Of a stretch of 64,000 bases of DNA, positions 24,773 to 37,900 are shown piece after piece; position 1 is the first letter of the stretch; each line of letters begins with the position of its first letter. The notes beneath the pieces are model-generated. The model searched no databases, was not told the DNA's origin, and saw only the letters and a list, made by a program, of their open reading frames with translations. Source of the stretch: Lytechinus pictus (lineage: Eukaryota); assembly GCF_037042905.1 (NCBI RefSeq), contig NC_087245.1:42100001-42164000 (forward strand). The letters run 5' to 3'. Made by a program: the position numbers and the translations under genes.

Positions 24773-25049
24773 CTACTAGCCTGGTTTTTCTTTTTCCTCG
24801 AAAAACATCAAATGTAGGCTAGATTCCATTAAAAAAAATGCACATTGTACATGAAATTTAACATTCTTTAATAGCTTCATGCATAATAAACAGCCAAGAG
24901 CTATGCAGCATACATAGGCCTGTTTCTCAAGAGGTTTCAATTGTATCATGGTACATGTACAAAACTGTGGATTATGCAGATTACTTGTATTATCACCCTT
25001 TATACAAGCATGAACCTTAAGCACACATTTATAACGGGACTGTTCTTAG

Positions 25050-27307
25050 TGTACATGGTCGAATAAATAAGACACAATGTTAGATTCATCATCATTTTTA
25101 GATCACTTGTGAGTAGCCGTAAGGACCCGAAAGACATATCAGCCATTATATGTTACATGGTGTCAGAGTGGAAATTATCTAGCTTGGAATGTTGCTATAG
25201 GACGGCTACAAGGACAACTTGGGTGAGAGAAAATGCCTCGATAGTGAACTGTGTTTTTGTCATGGAAATATGTGAATAACGACATAATTAAGTAATCAAT
25301 TAAGATTCAAAACAGTTTAGATATGTACACAATCAAGTCAAATTACTTGCATCATTTATTGGCCCATTTGATGGTATTTCTTTATTCATGATCTGGTGAG
25401 AAAAGTTGTAAATTGTAATATTAGTTTTGATTTTGTTGTGCAAAGTATTTCTATTTCTATTTCCTTTATACTTCATATTTCCTTTCTCTTAACCGCTTAG
25501 AGGCAATTTGCGGTATATAAAAAAATTGTTAATATTTATTATCATTATATTTTTTCTTTTATCTATATTGCAATGAATCAATTGAAATGACATTTGCTGA
25601 TGGATCCATGTTACTTTTGTTTTGCCAAATTAACTGTTGCCAGTTTCAGGTGTATACTTTTAATTCATATGTTTCTTTTTATATTCTTATACTGACCTGG
25701 ATGGAGGTAAAGGGGTGTGGGAAGGAAGACCTGTGGGTCATGGTAATTTAGTTAACCTTTTCCAAATCCAGGCAGCCCCTTCATCTCTATTCCAGGTCCT
25801 TTGTATTATGTCACATATATCCCATTGTTTATGTAATTTGTATTGTATAATTCATGTATTTTGAAATACCGAATTATCAATAATAACGTCGAGTCCAGTA
25901 AGTAAATCAGGAGAAATATTCCTTTCGATTCGTTGAATTAGCAACTTTGATGAAAACCATGTTCATGATGATGACTAGTGTGACTGGAAAGTGAATGATA
26001 AAGTGAGGAAAATCTAGGTCTAAAGCAGGAGACAGTTGCTGATTGGCGGGTGACCAGAAATTGCTGGCAGAAATCCTCCCAAAGCAAAACCACAAAGGTA
26101 GAGGGTGCCACCAGCGAACGGAGAGAGATTGACGATTGAGTTGAGTTATAATGGCACAGATCAAGCCCCCTCGGCCTTTAGACTTTGAAACAAGTTATCT
26201 TCCTCAGAATGGGACCAATGGAAGGATAAGCTCTCTTTGTATGTAAATTTGGCTATGGATGGTCAAGCAGAGGGGAAAAAAGCTGCAAATGCTGCAATAC
26301 CTGATGGAGTCTGAGGAAGGGAAATCTACAAGACGGTGAGACCAGCTGAGGAGAAATTTGTGAATGCTCTCCATGCCCTAGGAAAGCACTGTAAGCCACG
26401 AAACAACAAGACGGTGGACAGATACAAGTTCTTCACTCGTCATCAAGAGAAAGGGAAAGGATTTGACACTTTCCTAACCGAATTGAGAATGCTGGCTAGA
26501 AAATGCAACTTTGGCAAGTTAGAAAATTCACTCCTCAGAGACAGGATTATCTGTGGAATTTCAGATGGCGAGATGAGACAGCGTCTGCTTCGAGGACCTG
26601 GGCTGACGTATGAAAGGTGCATTTTTGGCATGCAGGGCTTTAGAACTTTCCAGGCAAAATGCAGGAATACTGGATTGACCAGAAGAAGAGCGAGTTCACG
26701 CAGTAAGAACAAAGGGAGCAATATATTCTAAGCCAAAGAGTTCGAAGGAACAAAGTCAAAACCCACAAAGATAGTGAAGAGCTGCAAATTCTGTGGGAAA
26801 CAGCATGAGCAGGTGAAGGAAAAATGCCCCGAATACGGAAAGGAATGCGGGAAATGTGGCGAACTTAACCATTTCAGAGCGGTATGCAAGACAAAACAAG
26901 CAGAGAAAGTCCACATATTCGAGGGAAATCTGGAGGAGCTGCAGTTGAACTCGGTTGAGCTGGTGGACAAGGTAGATGTACACTCCATGCAGCAACAGGA
27001 GAAACCCTTGAATAGGATCTTGGCCAGAATGCATGTGGAAGGAGAGCATGTAAGGTTTCAACATGACTCCAGAGCAGCCTGCAACGTGCTACCTTGACAA
27101 GCTGTACAACTGGATGACACAAAACTTCAGCGAACAAATAGCATACTTGGAGTGTACAATCACGCAACAATGAAACCAGATGGGAGTTTGTACATGGTCG
27201 AATAAATAAGACATGATATTAGATTGGTCTTAGAAATGGTTCTTTTTAAAATCATTTGTGAGTAGCCTTAGGAACATGAATGACATATCAGCCACAATAT
27301 GTTATAT
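25050..27307 (+). mobile_element. Internally deleted Gypsy-type LTR retrotransposon remnant
   Basis: Direct repeats gtacatggtcgaataaataagaca... at 25051 and 27190; PBS-like TGGTGTCAGA at 25158; frameshifted gag with LLRDRIICGI and CCHC knuckle CGKCGELNHFRAVC; decayed protease; no RT or integrase. Confidence 0.85.
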
Positions 27308-27847
27308 GTGATGAAATAAGAGTGCATGTAGTTACATACAGTATGAGAAATCTGCACAGTGCAACGGTTTTGTACCATGGTACAATTAAAACCAATTTTG
27401 AGAATATAGGCCATATTTGTCTGTATAAGTCGACCGTCAATATAACGTTGAATAATTGTCCTCGTAGAAGCAATGTTTAAGACTAATTCATACAAGCATG
27501 TACTATTTCATCTTCAATGATGAAGTTTTTCCCTGGAGTCCGGCAGATTTCTGTGGTCGAATGAGATTTAACTTGATTAACTTGTATTTCCATAAAATGT
27601 GGTAAGTAGCTCCAATAAAATCATATGAATACAGAAAATAAGCTCATGACATCAACTATGCGAGCTGGCGTGATCTCGAAAATTCCTTATTTTGCTGGTC
27701 ACCACGTAGGCATATCCCACCATTTCTAGAATGGAGAATGGAGCACAAACATAATGTAATGTAATGTAGGTGGAGGACGCAAGGAGGAGGGTACAAAACA
27801 GTCTTTGGCGATTGCACAACACAGTTCTACTGAGATAGGCAGTTCCA

Positions 27848-27949
27848 TCATAGTTTGCTCATGGCGTTTCCCACTTTGGAAAAGTTCTGTCTACCTAGCT
27901 CTCTGGAAATGAACTGTCCAACTGAAACAATCTTCTCCAACTCAATACC
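27848..27949 (-). CDS. HMGCL: HMG-CoA lyase, last coding exon (ends SKL-stop)
   Basis: 102 bp; GIELEKIVSVGQFISRELGRQNFSKVGNAMSKL*; total CDS 993 bp = 330 aa. Confidence 0.95.
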   Translation of the reverse strand, partial: GIELEKIVSVGQFISRELGRQNFSKVGNAMSKL

Positions 27950-28554
27950 CTGCAAGGAAATGGACAAAGAGTTTTATGAAATTAATATTGCCTGTAAGAA
28001 TTTGATTTCTTCATTATTTTTGTGAGGGGGGGGGGGGGGGGTCAGAGACAATAGTAAAATACCAAACTATCAATCAAGTCCAACTCAATGTGATTTGAAT
28101 ATAAAGAAAATTCAAATGAGCATTACACTTTTTAAAAAAAATTCAAAATTGGACGTAAAAGTAAAAAGTTGTGACATTTTGTTTCACTCAATCATTATTA
28201 AGAAAACATTCAATGCATAACCAAGGTAAAATGCAAATGATAGATACAATGATGTCATATTCCCCATTTATTTTGCTTTTTGTAAGAAACATCATATTCT
28301 TTCTCTGCTAGTAGATATGATAATAAAGAAGTTCTTGATCAAATCGTAACTTATAAGTTGAAATTTAATTTGTCATGTGGACGAATTAGGTGGTCTTTTC
28401 GTCAATTGTTATGATTACTATGACCTTAATATATAACTTTTAGATTCAGGAACAACTTATTCTTATCGCAGATATAAACAGAGACTTAATTTGAGGCTCA
28501 CATATTTTCCCCCTAACAGATCAATTTCTAGAGAATTATTTGAAGACCTCTTAC

Positions 28555-28680
28555 CGTTTCTATACCAAGACCATTGAGCATGTAAACTACATCTTCAGTC
28601 GCGACGTTACCTGATGCCCCCCTTGCATAGGGACAACCCCCTAGACCAGCTACAGAGGAGTCAACTACTGTCACTCCCAT
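28555..28680 (-). CDS. HMGCL: HMG-CoA lyase, exon 6
   Basis: 126 bp; [42 protein letters not shown], active-site GGCPY signature. Confidence 0.97.
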
Positions 28681-29495
28681 CTGAAAAAAGAGAGAAATTA
28701 ATGATGATAGGGATTTGGCAACCCTAAGTAGACTCTTTCTGGTACATTGAGAATTTCTGTCAAAAATCAAAACAGCAGTGTCGCCCTGAGTTCTCGACAA
28801 ACAACATATTTGCACTTTTTCATCAGCTTCGAATCGTAGGACTATTCGGTTTACCAATTTTCGATAATGACCTCTAGGCTCTTCAATGTGATTTGACGGG
28901 CATTTTCAATAGCTTCTCAATGTTCCAGAAAGCGCATAGGTAATAAATGGTTACAAAACTGGCTGATGATGATAATAACGATGATACAATAATAATGACA
29001 ATAATAATAACAACAATAATAACATCAAATATAATAACAATAATAATAACAATAATAATAACGAAAAATATCCACCTTCTTAGATGCTAAAGGTGCTCCT
29101 TTAAAAACCAGCTAAACTAGGTAACAGTTTATTGGGTGATCACAGCTTTATTGATAATTTCTTCCTGCCAGTACCATTTACCTCACCAGGGATGATTAAA
29201 GCGCAATGCGAATGAATTCTTTTTGAAGGAAAGAATTTACTGGGCTCTTTAAATGGTGAAGACAACATTCATATTCATTAACTGAACAAGAGTTTTTTTT
29301 ATGTAGGCTTTAGTCCCAATATACCTTTTTTTTATTCATTATTTGGCTATCTAAATTCAACTATAAAATAAGCTACATGTAATTCTATATGGTGTTTAGA
29401 ACAGTGGGGGCATGATCACCCCCCCCCCTCACAACCATTCAAACTGTGCGGGTGAGTGTTTCATAAAGCTGTTAGTAAGTTAAGAGTGACTTTAA

Positions 29496-30078
29496 AGGAG
29501 AATGAAACCCTTGAAACCAGCTGAATCCATATCAAAGAGAAAAATCAAAGAAACATATTGTTGAAAGTTTGAGGAAGATTGAATGAATAATAAGAAAGTT
29601 ATGAGCATTCGAATATTGAGATCACTAGTGCCATGTAGATCCTCCCGACGGCAATGCGACCAAGATCTGTGATATCACACACGTACAACTCCCTCATTAC
29701 TTTAGTACTTATTTCACTTATATTCTCACTTTTATAGAGTCTATCACAAGGTGAGGTGTTCTCTTTATGAGATGACAAGTACAGAGGTTTCACAACATTA
29801 TATCATTGATGAATCGTTTGTCATATGATTAGAATGAGCAAAAAGAGATGTTTTGGGGTATATTTTCAGTGTCCAAATGGGAGAGTTGTACGTGTGTGAC
29901 ATCACAGATCTTGGTCGCATTGCCAATGGGAGGATCTCCATAGCATTAGTGATCTCGACATTCAAATGCTCATAACTCTTTTATTGCTAGTCCTATTTTA
30001 CTCAAAGTTTTGTTGATCTTATTCTTTGATTTTTCTGCTTTCACAAAAGCTAACTTGCTCCAAGAGTTTCATTCTCCT
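29496..30078. mobile_element. TTAA-flanked MITE nested in another MITE (29451-30193)
   Basis: ttaa|aggagaatgaaac...gtttcattctcct|ttaa; host halves match the intact element at 55942-56120. Confidence 0.88.
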
Positions 30079-30312
30079 TTAACAACTGGTAAACCTTTCT
30101 TATGTGCTATTAGTGAATATCATTTACACAAGAAAGGGTCATCAGTCATTCTGAAAGTCACTCTTAACTTACGAACAGCTTTATGAAATGGCCTGCTTTA
30201 TCAAAAAATGTTTTTCAAAAAAAGGTTGTGAGGTGGTATTGTATGAAAACTTATGATGCCATTGTTAGCAATGGCTCACAGTCATGGCAAGTTGCATAGC
30301 AATGTTTATTGC

Positions 30313-30752
30313 AACAAGAGTGTCGCTAAGGCGAGCACAAAATACGCCCATCTGTAACACGGTAAATGGAGTTATTGGTCAAGCAAGAAAAGTGGAAGGT
30401 GGTGACTTCACCTTTGACCTTTTGACCTCACAATCAATAGAATTCCTGGGATCTATACTAGTATAATACACACCAAATTATATGAGCCTAGGTTAAGTTA
30501 AACTAAAGTTATCGCGTTAACAAGGACTTAAGAAGGGTAAGATGATTAACATGTCACTGCGACCTGGAACATTGACCTTTTGACCTCAAAATCAATAAGC
30601 TTCCTGGGATCCATGCTAGTATCATTCACACTAAATTATATGAGCTTATGTTTGATTATTACTGAAGTTATCGCGATAACAAGGAAAAGTTAACGGACAG
30701 ACGGACGGACACTGAGCATGATACCATAATACGTCCCTAGGACGGGCGTATA
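30313..30752 (+). mobile_element. Short HINE/pearl-like element with 2 internal repeats and ACGG microsatellite
   Basis: aacaag start, two cctttgacctc..aatcaata units, acggacagacggacggac, terminal hairpin atacgtcc...gggcgtat. Confidence 0.65.
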
Positions 30753-30926
30753 ACAAGTGATCTTGCAGATTTAAAGTAGGCGGGGCTAAGCACAAAATCG
30801 AAATAAAAAACATTAAAATTATATGATGCACATTTAGACGTAACATGTAAGGAAAGACTTGTACATATTAACAGAAGATATTATGCATTTGCACATCAGG
30901 GGACCTCTAAATATCTGTCTTGTTAC

Positions 30927-31115
30927 CTGTAATGCAGCCAGGATATTTGCTAGTGCTTGCCCATAGGTGTCGTGGCAATGGACGGCTATATGTTCAGCAG
31001 GAATGGTTTCTAGTACGGTCTCTAACAAGGTTTGCATCATACCGGGGGTGCCCACCCCTATCGTGTCACCCAGGGAGATCTCATAGCAGCCCATCTTGTA
31101 CATTTTGTCTGCAAC
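30927..31115 (-). CDS. HMGCL: HMG-CoA lyase, exon 5
   Basis: 189 bp; [25 protein letters not shown]...[22 protein letters not shown], metal-binding HxH motif. Confidence 0.97.
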
Positions 31116-32002
31116 CTGCAATGAACAGAATTGTGATCTACACATTCACAACTTTTACAACATATATATGTTTTAATAAAAGGATGAAGGTAGGCAGATG
31201 GGGAGAACATTAAAAGGCATACATATTTTGTTGCATTCCTTAACAAGGGGAATTCTGTGCGATGTAAACAACAAAGATGGCATGCTAACTAAAAGTGCAC
31301 TTAATTCTTAGTACAGATGTAACTGTAAATCTATGAGAATTCAGTCAAGATTTATAATCATTAAATTCAGAGGTTGTATTAATCTCATTAAACAGGTTTA
31401 ATTCCTACTATTAATCTGAAAGTGATTAAATGTACATGTATGTGAATATTCAACTCAAAGATTCCTGAGAAGTTTTGCCTATTTCTGTAATGGACACTGT
31501 AATGGACATTTTCCACCTACATTGGGACAAAACTGATCCCGGACATAATGATATGCAATCAAAAATATCAATTTGTATCAGTGCTCTCAATGGTATTACA
31601 TGTGAATGTCTTTCTGGGAAGCAACCTACTGGCAATGTTGGTAGACTCAACATAGTTTTATCTCCTATTCGTTTATTATTATCAAGGAAGGAAAATATCA
31701 CAGCAGCAACAATTACACAGGGCTTGGGGCGATTTTGACTTCCGAAATGTTCAAAAGAGTCCTGGAAAAAATGTCCATTCACTGCATTATTAAAGCTTAT
31801 CAAATGTCACAGATTGAGGCACAAGGTAGTAAATAGTGGCCCCAAAAATGAAAAAAACAAAATGTTTTTGCCAGTAATCACAGAATATTAGCCTTTGTAC
31901 AGTATTGCAAACTGACTGGCTCAAAATGCAGAAACTATTAAGATGTATCTGTTTGATGTCTAACTTAATCTGTTGTATTCAAATACCCTTTACCCTACTG
32001 AC

Positions 32003-32156
32003 CTTTGCCACTGCTTCTGGATGAACAGCGCCCTCATACGGACATCCTAGTACACATGACACATATCCTCGCACCTTGACATTTGCTTCACGAGCTGCTT
32101 CAATCACCGAGGAAAATCTATCCAAACTCTCGTCGATAGAACAGTTAATATTTTTC
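32003..32156 (-). CDS. HMGCL: HMG-CoA lyase, exon 4
   Basis: 154 bp; [51 protein letters not shown]; tag/gtcagt. Confidence 0.95.
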
Positions 32157-32337
32157 CTACAGGTGGAGGAAAGCACACACAAAAAAAGAGATTATTTATA
32201 AACCACTTTTATGGATTTGAGGCTGGAGATCAGGATCCCGTCTTACAAAGAGTTGCGACTATCTGATCAATCACAACTATGGAAAGCCAGCGACGTCAAC
32301 ATCTAAAATGCAAGTTTGTTTAAATATTTCCTTCATA

Positions 32338-34519
32338 CAGTTGAGGCTAAAAGTTTACATACACCCAGAAAGTTCAAAGAAAAGTTGACACTTGCCAAAC
32401 ATCATAAAAGTTATTGAATCTTATAAACTATTTGTGCTATCATGACAACTTGATATCAAAGAAATGGGTAGGTCATGCCCCTTCATCACATTGCTTTGTC
32501 ATCAGAGCTGAAAAATATTTAGGTGTCATCCCCACCCCCCCAAAAAAATCATATCTTTATAGACAAATTAAAAATAACAAGTGGAACGCCTCTGGCAGTC
32601 TGCATTTCGCGATATAATATAGCAGCAGTGCTAACTTTGAAAACTACTATAAAATAATCATTAACAAAAACACTATTCGTATAATGACATAATACCACGT
32701 TCATTGACCATAAATGACATTTGAACGGTGACTCAAGACTTGTCAACTACACCTATGTCCACATTTCATTCACTCTATCCATAAACTTTCACAGTTATGA
32801 TGGCAATTCAACAATTACCCCAACATGGCCTAAGTTTATTGACCTTAACTGACCTTTGACCTTGGTTTTGTGACCTGAAACTCACAGGGGATGTTCAGTG
32901 ATACTTGATTACTCTTATATCCCAAGTTTTATGAACTAGATCCATAAACTTTCAGAGTTAGGATGGTAATTCAACAAATACCCCCAACACGGCCAAAGTT
33001 CATTGACCTTTAATGACCTTTGACCATGGTCATGTGACCTGAAACTCATACAGGATGTTCAGTGATACTTGATTACTCTTACGTCCAAGTTTTATGAACT
33101 AGATCCATAAACTTTCAGAGTTAGGATGGTAATTTAACAAATACCCCCAACACGGCCAAAGTTCATTGACCTTAAATGACCATTGACCATGGTCATGTGA
33201 CCTGGAACTCGCACAGGATATTCAGTGGTACTTGATTAACCTAATGTCCAAGTTTCATGAACTAGATCCATAAATTTTCAAATTATGATGATAATTCAAC
33301 AAATACCCCCAACTTGGCCAAAGTTCATTGACCCTAAATGACCTTTGACCTTGGTCATGTGACCTGAAACTCAGGCAGGATATTCACTAATACTTGATTA
33401 ACCTTATGCCCAAGTTTCATGAACTAGGTCCATATACTTTCTAAGTTATGATGTCATTTCAAAAACTTAACCTTCGGTTAAGATTTTGAAAATAATTCTC
33501 CCAACATGGTCTAAGTTCATTGACCCTAAATGACCTTTGACCTTGGTCATGTGACCTGAAACTCAGGCAGGATATTCACTAATACTTGATTAACCTTATG
33601 TCCAAGTTTCATGAACTAGATCCATAAATTTTCAAAGTTATGATAGTAATTCAACAAATACCCCCAACTTGACCAAAGTTCATTGACCCTAAATGACCTT
33701 TGACCTTGGTCACGTGACCTGAAACTCGAGCAGGATATTCACTAATACTTGATTAACCTTATGCCCAAGTTTCATGAACTAGGTCCATATACTTTCTAAG
33801 TTATGATGTCATTTCAAAAACTTAACCTTCGGTTAAGTTTTTGAAAATAATTCTCCCAACATGGTCTAAGTTCATTGACCCTAAATGACCTTTGACCTTG
33901 GTTATGTGACCTGAAACGCAGGCAGGATGTTCAATAATACTTGATTCACCTTATGTCCAAGTTTCATGAACTAGGTCCATATACTTTCTAAGTTATGATG
34001 TCATTTCAAAAACTTAACCTTAGGTTAAGATTTGATGTTGACGCCGCCGCCGCCACCGTCGGAAAAGCGGCGCCTATGTTTTTGTCAAGTTTTTGTCTCG
34101 CCTGCATAGCAGAGCGAGACAAAAACTTGACAAAAACATTTCATATTTGTGTTAGTTACTTCTCAACGCAAACATGTCAGATTACACTTTTTTGTTCAGT
34201 GGTGACATATCATGATAGAAAATGTATTATTATAAATCAAAGATTTGACATTTATATATTCCTATAAAATGATGTTTGAAAATATAATAACAAAAAATAG
34301 AATACATTTGACATGAATATTACTTTTTTTCCACCTGAAATATACTTTAATCCCAAAATTCCCAACCATGTGAAAGAGCTTAATATGCTCTTTCATTTGA
34401 TACCAAATTCATCATGGTAGTATTTATATTTCTGAAGATATAGTAAATTTTACGATGTTTGGCAAGCGAACAAATTTCACTGAATTCCATGGGTGTATGT
34501 AAACTTTTGACCTCAACTG
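32338..34519. mobile_element. Tc1/mariner-type non-autonomous element carrying a nested insertion
   Basis: TIRs CAGTTGAGGCTAAAAGTTTACATACACCC / GGGTGTATGTAAACTTTTGACCTCAACTG; TA TSD. Confidence 0.88.
32577..34120 (+). mobile_element. Helentron-associated (HINE-like) element with internal 163/192-bp tandem array
   Basis: Starts acaagtggaacgcctctggcagtc like the copy at 9895; seven tgacctg(a/g)aac units; GCC tract and terminal hairpin. Confidence 0.75.
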
Positions 34520-34939
34520 TATGTTGTATATTCATACATGTACATTCATTGCTTTCTTGAAAATTCTGTATGCTTCTCTTTGTTTTTTATTTTACTAAGG
34601 ACATTGTGTAAATTTCCTGTTGAAAAAAATTATGACATTGATGGATTTCCATACCACTGTTTCAAAGTCAGAAGACTAATCCACTGGGCCACAACCCTCC
34701 ATAGATCAATTTTAGCTGTAGCAATATCAATTTATGATACCAGTACTTGTTTAATATGGCAAGAAGCATAGCAGGGATCAATTGCAAAACTTGCAAATAA
34801 TTGAAAGTCTTGATTGATTTGGAGACCCCCAATAGATTGTAATTGAATCTTGGTTGCAACATTTGCAAACAACACAACTTTTGTGTTGCAAATTTACAAT
34901 CGATAGATCGATTTTAGCTGTCGCAAATCAGTTTATGTT

Positions 34940-37900
34940 CCTTGTTGCAAGTTGAAGAACAGTGATTAATCATAATTGATTTAGAGATCCCCCCCCCCAT
35001 ACATCTTCAAGCGAAGTTTCTTGCAACACCACATTCAGTCTAAGTCATTCCTTGTTGCAAGTTGAAGAACAGTGATTAATAATAATTGATTTGGAGACCC
35101 CCCCCCCCCATACATCTTCAAGCGAAGTTTCTTGCAACACCACATTCAGTCTAAGTCATTCCTTGTTGCAAGTTGAAGAACAGTGATTAATAATAATTGA
35201 TTTGGAGACCCCCCCCCCCATACATCTTCAAGCGAAGTTTCTTGCAACACCACATTCAGTCTAAGTCATTCCTTGTTGCAAGTTGAAGAACAGTGATTAA
35301 TAATAATTGATTTGGAGACCCCCCCCCCCCCATAGATCTTCGAGCGAAGTTTCTTGCAACACCACATTCAGTCTAAGTCATTCCTTGTTGCAAGTTGAAG
35401 AACAGTGATTAATAATAATTGATTTGGAGACCCCCCCCCCCCATACATCTTCAAGCGAAGTTTCTTGCAACACCACATTCAGTCTAAGTCATTCCTTGTT
35501 GCAAGTTGAAGAACAGTGATTAATAATAATTGATTTGGAGACCCCCCCCCCATACATCTTCAAGCGAAGTTTCTTGCAACACCACATTCAGTCTAAGTCA
35601 TTCCTTGTTGCAAGTTGAAGAACAGTGATTAATAATAATTGATTTGGAGACCCCCCCCCATACATCTTCAAGCGAAGTTTCTTGCAACACCACATTCAGT
35701 TTAAGTCATTCCTTGTTGCAAGTTGAAGAACAGTGATTAATAATAATTGATTTGGAGACCCCCCCCCCCATACATCTTCAAGCGAAGTTTCTTGCAACAC
35801 CACATTCAGTCTAAGTCATTCCTCATTGCAAGTTGAAGAACAGTGATTAATAATAATTGATTTGGAGACCCCCCCCTATACATCTTCAAGCGAAGTTTCT
35901 TGCAACACCACATTCAGTCTAAGTCATTCCTTGTTGCAAGTTGAAGAACAGTGATTAATAATAATTGATTTGGAGACCCCCCCCATACATCTTCAAGCGA
36001 AGTTTCTTGCAACACCACATTCAGTCTAAGTCATTCCTTGTTGCAAGTTGAAGAACAGTGATTAATAATAATTGATTTGGAGACCCCCCCCCCCCCATAC
36101 ATCTTCAAGCGAAGTTTCTTGCAACACCATACCTGCCAACCTTTGATAATAAAAAATCAGTATCAATACTACGAGGGCACCGGGTGGGTGTCCGGCCCGT
36201 TTTAACGGTAGGCCTAGGGGCTCTTTGCATTTTCAGCATGTAAGAGTAGCGCATTTCCCTACACTTTTTAAAGCAAATATACCCTCATAATCTACCTTTA
36301 TGTAATTTAATATCATTTGTCAATTAAAAGAAGGTCTTTAAATATCACTTTTGTGACAAAACACCCAGTTTCATGCAGGTGTGATTTGTTTTCATTTAAA
36401 TCTATGAATTTTTCTTGTTCACCAGAGCTCTCAAAAACTTTAATTTTGAATATATTTTTGAGAGCCCTCTATTGGTGGAAAGTGAGATTGATGCAGATCT
36501 TCATCTCCACAGATTCTCTTTTTAATTAGAAAAAATTAATTTCAATAATTCAATTGAGTTATGGGCCAAGGCATAGGCCTATTTTTATGATAAATTTAGA
36601 TCTAAGTTGGGCCTAACTTACTGTATGAAAAACTGACGTGCCAAAAAATCAAACATTTATCCAGCCTATATCAAGAGAAAATAAGCCAAACATTGACAAT
36701 CATATTCATGTTATTTCACCGCACAGGGGTTACTGACAGAGGACAAAACCTTAATTGGATAAGTGCTTGTTGGTATAAGAGAGCAGATTTTCAGCCATGA
36801 CAAAAATGCGCCCGACCCGCAATGCGCACTTGCGGTGCGCCGGTGAGCTAAGACGGGGAGGCTGAGGCGCAGCAACTCGGCGGGCGCCGGGAGCTTAGGC
36901 AAGCGAAGCAAGTAGATTTGGCGTTCGGCTCCGAAGGCTCAACTTGAGATTGAAATTTGATAATCTCTTTTCTTCCTCAAAAATTTGACAACTATTCAAA
37001 AAATAAAGTACAGATCAATGTTAAAATTGCGTTGGGATAGATCTAGCGTCGGTGCGCGGCTGACCGGGCGGCGCGGGGGGTATGGTGTGCAGCCGTTCGG
37101 CAGCTGCAGCATGCAGGCAGCGCAGAAGCTCAGAAATATACCACTGAAATCACCAAACACACTAGACATACACTGCACATTCACTAACTCACTCCCTCAC
37201 TACAAAATCTTCCGGCGACATGGGCAAAACCTCAAATAAAAGTTGAAATTTTCTTACCTAAATCACCATATTTCGCGTCAAAAATATCACCACCGGTAAT
37301 TTTTAACATCGTAGTTAGGAAACAAGGGGTCTAAAAAAGTGTATTTTTCACGGTTTTTCCGATGTTCGTGGATTATGAAAACATGTCCTCACTAAAAACT
37401 GGCACTTTCGCAAGCCGATGTCAGCCGCCATTTTTTTCCGGAAGTCAACGCTAAGTGCGGCCGTAGCGTGTACGCTCGTTATTTTCACATGCATTTGCAA
37501 TGGAACTGCGCACTTAGCAGTGTTTGCGCGCCGTTTAACGTCTCTCTCTGAGCAAAACTAGCGCATTTGCGTAGCCGTGCGCTCCAGTTGTTTATGCGTT
37601 AGTCGCATCTTGATATGAGCCGTGCATGCGTTAGTCGCATCATACAGCCGTTTCAATAATTTCAACACTATATTGATTAACCCAAAAATCTGAATTTTGG
37701 TTTTAAAATTCGTAATTCGGAATGGAGGTATAAAAATCGGTATAATTCCGCCAAAATCGGAATGGTTGGCAGGTATGCAACACCACATTCAGTCTAAGTC
37801 ATTCCTTGTTGCAAGTTGAAGAACAGTGATTAATAATAATTGATTTGGAGACCCCCCCCCATACATCTTCAAGCGAAGTTTCTTGCAACACCACATTCAG

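Noticed and set aside
26336..27097. Domesticated gag-derived gene
   Set aside because: Frameshifts, stops and a decayed protease motif indicate a dead element.
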